NCBI GenBank assembly: GCA_035541795.1 | Contig: DATKMR010000014.1 | Location: 214,029 to 278,028 of the forward strand | Source of the DNA: Bacteroidales bacterium | Lineage (GTDB): Bacteria; Bacteroidota; Bacteroidia; Bacteroidales; VadinHA17 | DNA length: 64,000 nucleotides | Reading direction: 5' to 3' | Shown: piece after piece, positions 1 through 10,586 of the stretch | How the letters are laid out: each line of letters starts with the position of its first letter | How positions within the stretch are numbered: the stretch's first letter is position 1 | The notes under the pieces: model-generated | What the model saw: only the letters and a program-made list of their open reading frames with translations | What the model was told of the DNA's origin: nothing | Databases searched by the model: none | Position numbers and translations under genes: made by a program

Positions 1-1063
1 TCCTGAAATATCCCGGGGTAAAAATTAATTGTGAAAGTCCGAGAGAATAACCAGTGAATGATGTGTTCGAAAACCACAGCATATTGTCTCCCTCCGGACA
101 AACAAACTTCAGAAACTGAACAGTTGATTCAGGTATCCTTATTACGGAATCCTGATCAGGTTTAATAATAAACAGTCCTCCATCAATATTCCCCCAGCAT
201 ATCATTTTATTCCTGTCAAAATCATTCAGCGGGATTCTTCCCCTGAACTCGCTGAAAACTCCGTTACCTTTATCAAAGCAGAAGAGCCCGATATTGGAAA
301 AGAGCCAGATGTTAAATTTCCTGTCGAAGCGGATTTTGTGCCATTCGGTATGTTCATAGTTCCTGACAATTTTTCCGTGAGGCATTGGCGTGGTCATTAC
401 GGGATATAGTCCTGCAGATGTCACGGTTTTCTTGGCGTCATTTAAAATATACCTGGTCATAGGATTGCCCGAGATCCAGAATACTGAGTCATTTTCAAAG
501 GAGAGATCATACACATAACCCTTTATTACTGCCCGTTGATTTTCATTGAATATTCCCCGGAACCTCGTATAAACCCCGTCGGATGGTGTATATCTCCAGA
601 AAACAGTGTCGTAGAATATCCAGACATTGCCTTTCTGATCGCTGCATACGCTGGCATATGATCCTATCTTTTCACCGTTTATTGACCTGATTGTGGAGAA
701 TGTATTTGCGGGCTTGTTGAAACGCGCTATTTTACCGTTGTCGGTCAGTATCCACAGATCATCATTCCTATCCAGGATAATCTTTCCGACCGAAAAATAG
801 GGCAGTGAAGTGGAATCTCCCGGAACGTGGTGATAATTCCTGAATTCGTACCCGTCATACCTGCTTAGCCCGTCAAATGTGCTCAGCCAGAGAAAGCCCG
901 ACCGGTCCCTGGCTATATCCCTCACGCTGTTGTGCGGCAGTCCGTTGTCAATATTGAAATTTCTTATCGTATAATTCTGGGCGTGAATAATACCGGTTTC
1001 AGCAAAAAGCATCGACTGAACAAGCAGCAAAGAGATTATCAGGCTATGATAAGTCGTTCTCAT
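1..1063 (-). CDS. Sensor protein N-terminal part with two-component-regulator beta-propeller repeats (3' end lies beyond the window start)
   Basis: Absent from the ORF track because the window edge cuts it. My minus-strand translation from the ATG (complement of 1061-1063) gives MRTTYHSLIISLLLVQSMLFAETGIIHAQNYTIRNFNIDNGLPHNSVRDIARDRSGFLWLSTFDGLSRYDGYEFRNYHHVPGD. That is a signal peptide plus the GLPxN / G.LW..T..GL.RYDG repeat of Y_Y_Y-type sensor propellers. The frame stayed open where I spot-checked (610-660). Confidence 0.7.
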   Translation of the reverse strand, partial: MRTTYHSLIISLLLVQSMLFAETGIIHAQNYTIRNFNIDNGLPHNSVRDIARDRSGFLWLSTFDGLSRYDGYEFRNYHHVPGDSTSLPYFSVGKIILDRNDDLWILTDNGKIARFNKPANTFSTIRSINGEKIGSYASVCSDQKGNVWIFYDTVFWRYTPSDGVYTRFRGIFNENQRAVIKGYVYDLSFENDSVFWISGNPMTRYILNDAKKTVTSAGLYPVMTTPMPHGKIVRNYEHTEWHKIRFDRKFNIWLFSNIGLFCFDKGNGVFSEFRGRIPLNDFDRNKMICWGNIDGGLFIIKPDQDSVIRIPESTVQFLKFVCPEGDNMLWFSNTSFTGYSLGLSQLIFTPGYFR

Positions 1064-1140
1064 GAAATACAGTTAGAGATCGGCAAAAAAGCTATTTTTG
1101 AATTTTGAAAATAAAGTAAACTAAAATTTGGGAAAGCAGG

Positions 1141-3159
1141 ATGGATTTCAAACTGGTTTCTGATTTTCAACCGACTGGGGATCAGCCTGAGGCAATTAAG
1201 CAGCTGGTTGAGGGTCTTGACAGCGGCCTTCCTTACCAGACTCTTCTGGGGGTAACCGGTTCGGGCAAGACTTTCACAATAGCAAATGTGATTGAAAAGG
1301 TTCAGAGACCCGTTCTTGTACTCAGTCACAATAAGACTCTTGCTGCACAGCTTTATGGTGAGTTCAGGCAGTTTTTTCCCGAAAACGCTGTTGAATATTT
1401 TGTTTCATATTACGATTATTACCAGCCTGAAGCATACCTGCCTGTTACAGATACATATATAGAGAAAGATCTCTCAATAAATGAGGAGATAGAGAAACTG
1501 AGGCTTAGTGCTTCATCGTCTCTGCTTTCGGGGAGAAAGGATGTAATTGTTGTTTCTTCAGTTTCATGCCTTTACGGTATTGGCAATCCTGACGATTTTC
1601 ATTCAAACACAGTCGGGGTAAAGGTCGGCCAGGTTATTGGCCGTAATCTTTTCCTGCGAAAACTTGTCGATAGTCTCTACTCGAGGAATGAGATAGATTT
1701 CAGGCATGGAACATTCAGGGTCAGGGGAGATACAGTGGATATCTACCCTGCATATGCGGATATTGCCGTCAGGATAGTTTTTTTCGGTGATGAGATTGAG
1801 GAAATTTATTCATTCGATCCTGAGGGAGGTTCAATGATCAGCAAGCTGGATAATTACATCATTTATCCGGCAAATATTTTTGTAACTACAAGGGACAGGA
1901 TAAACCAGGCCATTGCGTATATCCAGGACGACCTCGTGCGACAGATTACTTATTTTAACGATATCGGAAAGAAGGAGGAGGCCAGGAGGCTGGAACAGAG
2001 AGTGCAGTATGATCTTGAAATGATCAAGGAGCTTGGTTACTGTAGCGGGATAGAGAATTATTCAAGGTACTTTGACGGCAGGAAAGCAGGTACCAGGCCG
2101 TTTTGCCTGATCGATTACTTTCCTGATGATTTTATAACAGTCATCGATGAAAGCCATGTTAGCATGCCACAGATCAGGGCAATGTTCGGGGGCGATCACT
2201 CAAGGAAGCAGACCCTGGTGGAATACGGATTCAGGCTTCCTGCTGCTCTTGATAACAGGCCACTGAGGCTTGAGGAGTTTGAATCCCTGACGGGACAGGT
2301 AATATTCGTCAGTGCCACACCTGCCGATTACGAGCTCGGGAAGAGCGAAGGAGTTTTTGTCGATCAGGTCATAAGACCCACGGGATTGCTTGATCCGCCG
2401 GTGGAAGTGAGGCCCAGCCTCAACCAGGTTGACGACCTTATGGCGGAGATCAGGAAACGGTCGGCAAGGAAGGAAAGGACACTCGTGACAACACTTACGA
2501 AGAGGATGGCAGAGGAGCTGACCACATACCTGTCGAGGTTCAATATCAGCTGCAGGTACATCCATTCCGACATAGACACCCTCGAAAGGATTGAAATTAT
2601 GGAGGGCCTCCGCGAAGGAGCCTTTGACGTGCTGATAGGCGTCAATCTTCTCAGGGAAGGACTTGACCTGCCGGAGGTTTCGCTTGTTGCCATACTGGAT
2701 GCAGATAAGGAAGGCTTTCTCAGGTCTTCAAGATCCCTTACCCAGACTGCAGGACGGGCAGCAAGAAACCTCAACGGGCTGGTAATAATGTACGCGGATA
2801 CAATTACCGGTAGCATGCAGCAGACTATTGATGAGACAGAAAGACGCCGCGAGAAACAGCTGAAGTATAATATTGAAATGGGAATTACCCCTTCCCAGAT
2901 TGTGAAGAAAACAGGTTCAATGCTCAGAGGGCTGAGCAGTCAGGGTGTAAAGATCAAAGCATATATAGAGCCTGAAAAACCTGATATTGCAGCTGATCCC
3001 GTTATCAGGTACATGGATCGTGAAGCACTGGAGAAAGCAGCGGAGAAAACAAGGAAGGCAATGGAAAAAGCTGCATCAGAGCTTAATTTCATCGAAGCCG
3101 CACGCTACAGGGATGAACTTGCTGAACTGCAGAAAATGATCAGGTCGAAATCGGACTAA
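1141..3159 (+). CDS. uvrB: Excinuclease ABC subunit B
   Basis: 672 aa. Walker A GVTGSGKT, helicase motifs (DESH, TPADYE) and the C-terminal UVR motif (FIEAARYRDELAELQ) are typical of UvrB. Confidence 0.97.
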   Translation: MDFKLVSDFQPTGDQPEAIKQLVEGLDSGLPYQTLLGVTGSGKTFTIANVIEKVQRPVLVLSHNKTLAAQLYGEFRQFFPENAVEYFVSYYDYYQPEAYLPVTDTYIEKDLSINEEIEKLRLSASSSLLSGRKDVIVVSSVSCLYGIGNPDDFHSNTVGVKVGQVIGRNLFLRKLVDSLYSRNEIDFRHGTFRVRGDTVDIYPAYADIAVRIVFFGDEIEEIYSFDPEGGSMISKLDNYIIYPANIFVTTRDRINQAIAYIQDDLVRQITYFNDIGKKEEARRLEQRVQYDLEMIKELGYCSGIENYSRYFDGRKAGTRPFCLIDYFPDDFITVIDESHVSMPQIRAMFGGDHSRKQTLVEYGFRLPAALDNRPLRLEEFESLTGQVIFVSATPADYELGKSEGVFVDQVIRPTGLLDPPVEVRPSLNQVDDLMAEIRKRSARKERTLVTTLTKRMAEELTTYLSRFNISCRYIHSDIDTLERIEIMEGLREGAFDVLIGVNLLREGLDLPEVSLVAILDADKEGFLRSSRSLTQTAGRAARNLNGLVIMYADTITGSMQQTIDETERRREKQLKYNIEMGITPSQIVKKTGSMLRGLSSQGVKIKAYIEPEKPDIAADPVIRYMDREALEKAAEKTRKAMEKAASELNFIEAARYRDELAELQKMIRSKSD

Positions 3160-4307
3160 GGGACCAGCATGTTAACATAATCCCCGATTGCGAGACATGA
3201 TGTAAGACCCGGTGATTCAATTCCGACCAGGTTTATGAATCCGGGCAGGCCTCTTTCGCTTTCCTCCCTGATGTAGAAATCCCTGATTGAGCCACCCTGC
3301 TTCTGAAGCTTGGGTCTTATACCCGCCATATCTGGATAAATGTCGTCCGGTTCAAGAAATGGTAAAAACTTCCTCGCCGAAGCATAGAACGAGTCCCTTT
3401 TCGTGGCGTCGACGGAATAATCTTCATGATTTGTATCAAGCCATGTAACATCGGGTCCCAGCTTTACACCGCCTCCCATGTCGACCGTAACATGCACGCC
3501 TATATGTTCAAGGTTCTTGTGAGGTACAGGATAAACCAGCCTTTTTAAGAGCTTGCTTTTTGGGGGCCTTACCCTGAAATACTCGCCTTTGCAGTATGTT
3601 ATTGAAAGCGTTTCATCATCAATGCCCGCCATTTTTGAGATTTCACCCGAAAACAAACCGGCTGAATTGATAAGCACAGATGTGGAAAATGTATAATCCT
3701 TCCCGTCAGAATCTGTCAAAGTCACCTCGTATCCTTCGGTAACTTTCCTGATACCTTTCACTTTACTGCCATATACTATATTGCCACCGGTGTTCAGGAC
3801 ATTTGCCTCAAGCTGCTTCATAAGTGAGTGTGAATCAATAATTCCTGTTGAAGGGGACCATATGGCTTTTACTGCAAAGATTGACGGTTCCAGCTTCCCG
3901 ATTTCAGCAGCACCGAGGATGCTCAGGTCCTCCACACCGTTTCGCGCTGCCGAGATCATTATATCATCCAGGTCATTAATCTCCTCCCTGGTCGTTGCAA
4001 CCACAAGCTTACCACAGTTGCTGAACGGAATATCGTATTTCCTGCAAAAATCGTACAGGAGAACTTTCCCTCTGACACATAGCATTGATTTCAGGCTCTC
4101 GGCAGGATAGTAGAGCCCTGCATGTATTACCTCGCTGTTACGGCTGCTTGTTCCCTGGCCAAACCTGAGGTTTTTCTCAATGAGAAAGAGAGAACTGGTC
4201 CTGGTGCTTAATCTTTCAGCAATTGCCAGGCCGACAACACCTGCTCCTATGATTGTAATTTCAGCATCCATATGACAAAAAGAATCACGAACTGCTTTCA
4301 AAAGCAA
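3156..4307 (-). CDS. FAD-dependent oxidoreductase, L-2-hydroxyglutarate oxidase (LhgO/YgaF)-like
   Basis: Has the dinucleotide fold IIGAGVVGLA. SRNSEVIHAGLYYPAESLK...NCGKLVVAT matches the LhgO pattern as I remember it. The true start may be the MDAEI codon at 4271. The stop overlaps the uvrB stop by 4 nt (convergent genes). Confidence 0.8.
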   Translation of the reverse strand: MLLKAVRDSFCHMDAEITIIGAGVVGLAIAERLSTRTSSLFLIEKNLRFGQGTSSRNSEVIHAGLYYPAESLKSMLCVRGKVLLYDFCRKYDIPFSNCGKLVVATTREEINDLDDIMISAARNGVEDLSILGAAEIGKLEPSIFAVKAIWSPSTGIIDSHSLMKQLEANVLNTGGNIVYGSKVKGIRKVTEGYEVTLTDSDGKDYTFSTSVLINSAGLFSGEISKMAGIDDETLSITYCKGEYFRVRPPKSKLLKRLVYPVPHKNLEHIGVHVTVDMGGGVKLGPDVTWLDTNHEDYSVDATKRDSFYASARKFLPFLEPDDIYPDMAGIRPKLQKQGGSIRDFYIREESERGLPGFINLVGIESPGLTSCLAIGDYVNMLVP

Positions 4308-4351
4308 TCCGGCCCAAAAATAGGAGAAAAATCTATGACAGGGAAGCAGGG

Positions 4352-4591
4352 TTAATCTTTACTGCACTTGCACCTGTAAATATAGATAAACAGGGCAATC
4401 GCCAGCAGGAAGAAGGTATTGGCTGTAATGAAGAAATTAACGATATGCGTGAACCCGAAAAGGTTCTTCCCCAACAACAGTGAAATCAGAGCCAGCAGTA
4501 TAATCAGACAGCCACCTCCCAGCGACAGCCAGGCAACCCAAGTCAATGTTTTCATAATCTGAGGTTTTGTTATATTTACCAAAGTTACCAT
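4352..4591 (-). CDS. Small membrane protein, unknown function
   Basis: 79 aa with two hydrophobic helices and no recognisable motif. Confidence 0.4.
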   Translation of the reverse strand: MVTLVNITKPQIMKTLTWVAWLSLGGGCLIILLALISLLLGKNLFGFTHIVNFFITANTFFLLAIALFIYIYRCKCSKD

Positions 4592-4733
4592 TAATATTTC
4601 CCAAAGTCAATATGTTAATCTTTGTTAAGAACAGTGAATTTTTATATTGCCGGTTCTATATTTACTATCCGGAAACAGCCCTATTTTTAACGGACAGTTT
4701 TTAATTTTGCGATCAACCATATTTAATACGACT

Positions 4734-5603
4734 ATGAAAAACCAGCGAATATTTGCAATTGTACTGCTATTTGGATTAGGCCTGGCCTGTTACGGCCAGC
4801 AGGCACGGTTTAAAATATCTCTTGCCGAATGGTCTCTGCATCGTGCATTGATGAAAAAGGAAATATCAAATCTGGATTTTCCACGGATCGCGAAAAAGGA
4901 TTTCAATCTTGATGCAGTTGAATATGTATCAATTTTTTTTGCTGGAAGGGGGCAGGATTCCCTATACCTTTCCCAGCTAAAAGATTCCTGCGGAAAGTAC
5001 GGTGTTAAGAGTCTGCTGATAATGGTCGACGGCGAAGGAAACCTTGCAGATACATCCGCGGAAAGAAGGCAAAAGGCAGTCGAGAACCACTACAAATGGG
5101 TGAAAGCAGCTAAATTCCTGGGTTGCCATTCCATAAGGGTCAACGCGGCGGGGAGAGGTACTCCGGAACAGATGAAAGCCGCTGTAATAGAATCTCTTTC
5201 AAAGCTTTCCAGGTATGCCGGTGAATATAATATTAATGTTATTGTAGAGAATCACGGAGGCAATTCTTCTGTTGGGACCTGGCTTTCGGATGTGATGAAA
5301 AAAGTAAACATGCCAAATTGCGGCACCTTGCCCGATCTCGGGAACTTCTACGAATATGACAGGTACCAGGGTGTTACAGATATGATGCCATTTGCAAAGG
5401 GCGTCAGCGGGAAGACACACAATTTTGACGATAACGGCAATGAAACCCAGATCGATTATTCAAGGATGATCAGGATTGTGGCAGATGCCGGTTATAAAGG
5501 GTACATAGATGTGGAATACGAAGGGGATAAGCTGAGTGAGTATGACGGAATCAGGGCTTCGATTGCGCTTGTGCGGAAAGCTGTTGAACCTTACAATAAA
5601 TAA
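4734..5603 (+). CDS. Secreted sugar phosphate isomerase/epimerase (xylose isomerase-like TIM barrel)
   Basis: The track ORF starts at TTG 4647. ATG 4734 gives the signal peptide MKNQRIFAIVLLFGLGLACYGQ. The LAEWSLH, HSIRVN and VIVENHGG pattern is typical of AP-endonuclease-2/xylose-isomerase-like TIM barrels. Confidence 0.8.
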   Translation: MKNQRIFAIVLLFGLGLACYGQQARFKISLAEWSLHRALMKKEISNLDFPRIAKKDFNLDAVEYVSIFFAGRGQDSLYLSQLKDSCGKYGVKSLLIMVDGEGNLADTSAERRQKAVENHYKWVKAAKFLGCHSIRVNAAGRGTPEQMKAAVIESLSKLSRYAGEYNINVIVENHGGNSSVGTWLSDVMKKVNMPNCGTLPDLGNFYEYDRYQGVTDMMPFAKGVSGKTHNFDDNGNETQIDYSRMIRIVADAGYKGYIDVEYEGDKLSEYDGIRASIALVRKAVEPYNK

Positions 5604-5794
5604 GCGGTAATTTGGGGAAAGAATTTAAAGGTAAATGATTAGTTATGGCAGGAGTAAAGATATTTTTCTTTAAGGTTCTTATTTGGTTCATACTGGCAAT
5701 ACTGGCAGTAAGCGCATTAATTCGCGTGATCAAGAAGTGGAGTTAAGCTGAAAGTATGCCGATTTAGTTATCTTTGTCTTCTTATTGCTTGAAA

Positions 5795-6133
5795 ATGAAG
5801 ACCAGAACTGACCCTGGTAAAAACGGGTTCCTTATTACGGCACTGATAATGATGCTCATTTCGATGTGTATAGAAGGAGCCTGGATATGGGTTTTCTATT
5901 TCAGCAATCTCAATACCGCTGAAAAGAAATCTGACTTTTTCCTGAGCCTTTTTCCAGACTTCCTTCAGAAGGTATCTTCGCTTACAATTACAGAATTTCT
6001 GCTTGCTGCCTTGGCTTTCATATTTTCAGCCTTAAGCATTAAAAAGGTTCGAAGAAGCTTCAGATGGATGGCAATTATCTGCATGGTTATCTGCCTTGCT
6101 CTGGCGGGTCTTTCTATTTTCAGGCTTGCCTGA
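5795..6133 (+). CDS. Membrane protein, unknown function
   Basis: Three to four hydrophobic helices. ATG 5795 is preferred over TTG 5774. Confidence 0.4.
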   Translation: MKTRTDPGKNGFLITALIMMLISMCIEGAWIWVFYFSNLNTAEKKSDFFLSLFPDFLQKVSSLTITEFLLAALAFIFSALSIKKVRRSFRWMAIICMVICLALAGLSIFRLA

Positions 6134-6172
6134 ACTTATTATACTCAAAACCCATCAAATCAGTAAATTGCA

Positions 6173-6613
6173 ATGAGAAAGTTTATCCTTTTTATTTCCC
6201 TGATAGCTTCATTCCTGGTTTTTGGCTGTAGTTACGGACGTCATCCACAGGGCGCCTGGCAGCTGATCCGGTCGGAAAGCATCAGGGATGGCAAAACGAC
6301 CATCACCTTTCCCGGAAAGATGAAAGGGAGCGAGTTTAAATTCTGGTCGGAGAAGAATTTTATGTTTGTCGGAAGATGGGTGCAGGATTCTGTTACCACT
6401 GACAACTACGGTTTTGGTGCATACACTCTGAACGGAAAAGCTTATGAGGAAACCGTAATCCAGCATTTCAGGAAGGAATACCAGGGTCAGAAAATCCGAA
6501 TGACGCTTGAACTGGTGAACGATACTATTATCCAGGTATATCATCCCTGCGATTCAGCCGGAAGGCCCGTAACAGAAATTTCATCGGTCGAGAAATATGT
6601 CAGGATCAGGTAA
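6173..6613 (+). CDS. Lipoprotein, unknown function
   Basis: Lipoprotein signal MRKFILFISLIASFLVFGCS. The rest is beta-rich. Confidence 0.55.
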   Translation: MRKFILFISLIASFLVFGCSYGRHPQGAWQLIRSESIRDGKTTITFPGKMKGSEFKFWSEKNFMFVGRWVQDSVTTDNYGFGAYTLNGKAYEETVIQHFRKEYQGQKIRMTLELVNDTIIQVYHPCDSAGRPVTEISSVEKYVRIR

Positions 6614-7874
6614 TAAAAATTCCCCGGCAGTCAGGATTTTCGTCTCAATAGTAATTCTTTTCCTTGCGACGCATGTTTTATCTGCAAAGAAACCATCGGT
6701 CGGGGATAACAATAAAAAGCTTATTGCCCAGGTCGACAGCATTCTTGACAGCCAGGTAAAAAAGGACCTGATACCAGGTGCGGTGATTCTCATTAAAAAG
6801 AATGGTAAAACTATTTACAGGCATGCGTATGGTTTTGCCCAGAAGTACGACTTTGAACACAAGCTGCTGAAAACACCCGAGGTGATGTCTGTCGGTCACC
6901 TGTTTGATATTGCATCGCTGACTAAAGTGGTTGGTACAACTACCTCCATGATGCTCCTGGCCGACAGGGGAATGATAAATGTCAACGACCCCGTATGTAA
7001 ATACATCATCTCATTCGATACTCCTGAAAAGAGGAGCATTACCATCAGGAACCTGCTCACCCATACGGCAGGGCTTTATGAATGGTACCCTTTGTACTAT
7101 TTCGCATCAAACAGGAAGGAAAGCTACGATCTTATTCACAGGCTCCCGCTGAAGTTTCCGGTAGGTGAGCAGAGAAGGTACAGCGATCTTGGATTTGTTC
7201 TGCTGGGAGAGATTATCGAAAAGGTCTCCGGTATGCCCCTTGAGAAATTCATGAAAGAAAATATCTTCCAGCCGCTGAATATGGGACAAACCACTTTCAA
7301 CCCGCTGCTCGCGGGCGGTTTTAAGAAGATTGCCGCGACTTCACCGGGGAACCCGTACGAGAAAAGAATGGTGACCGATAATACACTGGGATATTCTGTA
7401 ACTGAGGCTGACCCAGGAAAATGGAACGGCTGGAGGAACTATGTCCTGAGAGGTGAAGTTAATGATGGCAACGCCTGGTACGCCAACGGTGGCATTTCAG
7501 GAGCAGCCGGACTATTTTCGACCGCAGGTGATATTCAGAAGGTAGTCGATATGCTATTAAATAACGGCAAGGCAGGTTCAAAACAATTTATCTCAGAAAA
7601 AACAATCAGGTCATTTCTTACCATGGATCGTTTCGGTAATGGCCTTGGCTGGATGATGGATCCTTCAAACTCATTCATGAAGGATGCCCCGGAAGGTTCC
7701 TTCGGGCATACAGGATTTACGGGCACCAGCATAGCCGTGGTTCCTGAAGCAGGGATTTCTGTGATTCTTCTTATTAACCGCCAGAATACGGGACTGCAGG
7801 GGAATGGTGAGTATTATAACGTGAATCCTGTCAGGCTGGCTGTATTCAAGGCAATAATGAAAAATCTTGACTGA
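6597..7874 (+). CDS. Serine hydrolase, beta-lactamase/transpeptidase-like family
   Basis: Signal peptide, SxxK motif (ASLTKVV), a YSD motif in the YxN position (RRYSDLGF) and HTGFTG near the C-terminus, as in class C beta-lactamase-related esterases. Confidence 0.85.
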   Translation: MSGSGNKNSPAVRIFVSIVILFLATHVLSAKKPSVGDNNKKLIAQVDSILDSQVKKDLIPGAVILIKKNGKTIYRHAYGFAQKYDFEHKLLKTPEVMSVGHLFDIASLTKVVGTTTSMMLLADRGMINVNDPVCKYIISFDTPEKRSITIRNLLTHTAGLYEWYPLYYFASNRKESYDLIHRLPLKFPVGEQRRYSDLGFVLLGEIIEKVSGMPLEKFMKENIFQPLNMGQTTFNPLLAGGFKKIAATSPGNPYEKRMVTDNTLGYSVTEADPGKWNGWRNYVLRGEVNDGNAWYANGGISGAAGLFSTAGDIQKVVDMLLNNGKAGSKQFISEKTIRSFLTMDRFGNGLGWMMDPSNSFMKDAPEGSFGHTGFTGTSIAVVPEAGISVILLINRQNTGLQGNGEYYNVNPVRLAVFKAIMKNLD

Positions 7875-8006
7875 TCCTTGATTTTTGAAAATTTTGTTTT
7901 TTTTAAATTCATGTAAGGTCTGGTTTGATTCCAGATCAATTCTTTATTTCTAACTTAGCTTCAGCATGGAACAAGAGTATATTTTTCAAATCAAATAATC
8001 AATAAA

Positions 8007-8912
8007 ATGAAAACCTCCAGAAGAACTTTTCTAAGATCCGGTGCCATGGCTGCAATTGGTGCCGCATTGTTACCAAAGGATCTCTTTTCGGCCCTTCCGC
8101 AGAAAGCCCTGGTGGGCATACAGTTGTATTCAATCCGCGACAATATGACGATGGACCCTCTCGACTCGCTTAAAAAAATTGCCGCAATGGGATACAAGGT
8201 AGTTGAACATGCAGGTTATGATAAGCGTAAGTTCTATGGTTACAGCCGTGAAGAGTTCAGGAAAATTCTCCAGGACCTCGGCCTGGTCATGTATAGCGGA
8301 CATGTTGGTTTCGGAAGCTATGTGTGGGATACTGCGAAAAAAGATTTTATTGACGACTGGAAATACACGGTCGAAGATGCAGCATTCATGGGCCAGAAAT
8401 TTGTGATTACCCCCGAGCTGGAAGACAAGGCCATGAGAGATTACGATACCCTGATGAAGGTTATTGAACTATGGAACAAAACAGGTGAAATGACCCACAA
8501 ATATGGTATGAAGTTCGGTTACCACGACGATTTCTTCGAGGATATTGTGCTTAAAAATATGAAGATATATGATATCATAATGAAGAATACCGATCCTGCC
8601 AAGACTATGCAGCAATTTGATATCGCCAACCTTTATAATGCTGCCGGGACGAACCCGGTCGATATAATAAAAAGATACCCGGGAAGGTTTGAATCGCTTC
8701 ATGTTAAGGATGTTCTGAAGGAGAAAAACAAGGATGGTCAGCACGACAGCACAGTGCTCGGGAAGGGTGTTCTCGACATTAATAATGTTGTGGACGAGGC
8801 CATTAAGAACGGTGCATGGCTCCTGATAATCGAGCAGGAATCATACCAGAATGAGACGCCTTTGGATTGCGTAAAGGACGATCTTGCAGCAATGAGAAAG
8901 TGGGGATACTGA
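8007..8912 (+). CDS. Tat-exported sugar phosphate isomerase/epimerase (TIM barrel)
   Basis: Twin-arginine leader MKTSRRTFLRSGAMAAIGAALL, followed by a xylose-isomerase-like TIM barrel pattern (GIQLYS, HVKD, IIEQE). Confidence 0.8.
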   Translation: MKTSRRTFLRSGAMAAIGAALLPKDLFSALPQKALVGIQLYSIRDNMTMDPLDSLKKIAAMGYKVVEHAGYDKRKFYGYSREEFRKILQDLGLVMYSGHVGFGSYVWDTAKKDFIDDWKYTVEDAAFMGQKFVITPELEDKAMRDYDTLMKVIELWNKTGEMTHKYGMKFGYHDDFFEDIVLKNMKIYDIIMKNTDPAKTMQQFDIANLYNAAGTNPVDIIKRYPGRFESLHVKDVLKEKNKDGQHDSTVLGKGVLDINNVVDEAIKNGAWLLIIEQESYQNETPLDCVKDDLAAMRKWGY

Positions 8913-8957
8913 TTATCGACAGGAAATACCGGCTTACATAATTAAAAAAGGTACTGC

Positions 8958-10565
8958 ATGAAGGGGAATCATGCGTATATAATTGCACTGACTTTAGTTG
9001 CAACTCTTGGTGGATTACTGTTCGGCTACGACACCGCGGTTGTAAACGGTGCTGAAAAATCGCTGGTCGGGCTGTACATATCACCGATCCTGAATGAACC
9101 GGGCCACGATTATACAATAGAACTTATCAGTCAGTACAAGATAATATTGACTCTTGTAGTTTACCTGGTCTTCCTGGTAATATCGGGCCAGTTAGTACGT
9201 CTGCTGGGTGTTAACAAAGGTGGGGTATCCTCACTTGTTTTGATTGGCCTGGTCACTCTCTGGGCAGTAATGTTCCTCAGGAAATCCCTGGCTTTTGAAG
9301 GTGATGCGCTTAAGGATACTGCGGATATAATAAAGGGATTCGTGATTTCAAGCGCCCTCATTGGATGCATTATTGGCGGGGCGCTTGCCGGGTTCATCTC
9401 GAAATCTTTTGGAAGGAAGAAAGGACTGATGATTGCAGCTGCAGCATTCCTCATTTCAGCCATTGGTGCATGGAAGCCGGAGTCTTTGAATCTCTTTCCG
9501 GTACTGCCGGTATATTCGTTCTTCTTTTACAGGGTCATTGGCGGTATCGGTGTGGGTATCGCATCGATGATTTCCCCGATGTATATTGCTGAAATTGCAC
9601 CGGCATCAATGAGGGGCAAGCTTGTTTCGTGGAACCAGTTTGCAATAATCCTGGGAATGCTCGTGATCTACTTTGTCAATTATTTCATAGCACGCCGTGG
9701 CGATAGCGCCTGGCTTTTAAATGAGGGATGGAGATGGATGTTCCTCTCTGGTGCGATTCCCGCAGGAATTTTTTTAATTCTGCTCTTTTTTGTTCCTGAA
9801 ACACCCAGGTTTCTTGTGATGAAAGGACGTGACGACAAAGCACTTGCAATACTGAAAAGAATTGCCGGAGAAGCAGGCGGAAATGATATTCTTGAAGAGA
9901 TAAAAGGGACAATTCATGAGAAAAGTGCCCCCTGGCTCTCATTTGGATTTTTCGTGATACTGATCGGGATACTGCTTTCCGTATTTCAGCAGTTAGTCGG
10001 GATAAATGTGGTCCTGTACTATGCCGGTAATATCTTCAGGAATATGGGCGCTTCAACTGATTCTTCACTGCTGCAGACGATCATTGTAGGAGCTGTTAAC
10101 CTTACTTTCACCGTGGTTGCGATACTCACAGTTGACAGGATTGGAAGAAAGCCACTTATGATTATTGGAGCATCAGGCATGGCGCTGAGCATGATGGCAC
10201 TTGGTTTTTCATTTTATGCTCACCACGAAGGTGTGTCGGCATTGATTTTTATGCTGTTGTATGTTGCTTTCTTTGCGATGAGCTGGGGTCCCGTTACCTG
10301 GGTGTTACTTTCAGAAATATTTCCCAACAGTATCAGGGGGGCAATGTCTATTGCCGTGGCAGCACAGTGGGTCGCCGACTGGCTTGTATCCTTTACCTTT
10401 CCGGTCCTAAACGATAATCAAATGCTTACTGCCAGGTTCAACCATGGCTTTTCATACTGGCTCTATGGCATAATGGGAATTGTGGCCGCACTCCTGGTAT
10501 GGAAGCTGGTACCTGAAACCAAGGGAAAGACCCTCGAGGAAATGGAACGTCTGTGGAAAAGGTGA
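8958..10565 (+). CDS. MFS sugar porter family transporter
   Basis: Sugar-porter signatures GRKKGLMIAA, PETPRFL and PETKGKTLEEME, with about 12 TM helices and a long insertion after TM1. Confidence 0.9.
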   Translation: MKGNHAYIIALTLVATLGGLLFGYDTAVVNGAEKSLVGLYISPILNEPGHDYTIELISQYKIILTLVVYLVFLVISGQLVRLLGVNKGGVSSLVLIGLVTLWAVMFLRKSLAFEGDALKDTADIIKGFVISSALIGCIIGGALAGFISKSFGRKKGLMIAAAAFLISAIGAWKPESLNLFPVLPVYSFFFYRVIGGIGVGIASMISPMYIAEIAPASMRGKLVSWNQFAIILGMLVIYFVNYFIARRGDSAWLLNEGWRWMFLSGAIPAGIFLILLFFVPETPRFLVMKGRDDKALAILKRIAGEAGGNDILEEIKGTIHEKSAPWLSFGFFVILIGILLSVFQQLVGINVVLYYAGNIFRNMGASTDSSLLQTIIVGAVNLTFTVVAILTVDRIGRKPLMIIGASGMALSMMALGFSFYAHHEGVSALIFMLLYVAFFAMSWGPVTWVLLSEIFPNSIRGAMSIAVAAQWVADWLVSFTFPVLNDNQMLTARFNHGFSYWLYGIMGIVAALLVWKLVPETKGKTLEEMERLWKR

Positions 10566-10586
10566 GTATGGGATATCAGATGATTT

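Noticed and set aside
2200-2816. Two antisense ORFs (121 and 150 aa) inside uvrB
   Set aside because: They lie entirely within a confidently identified gene on the opposite strand and have low-complexity Ser/Pro/Arg-rich translations typical of shadow ORFs. The same reasoning applies to the other antisense ORFs in the track (for example within recN, ftcD and the MFS gene).
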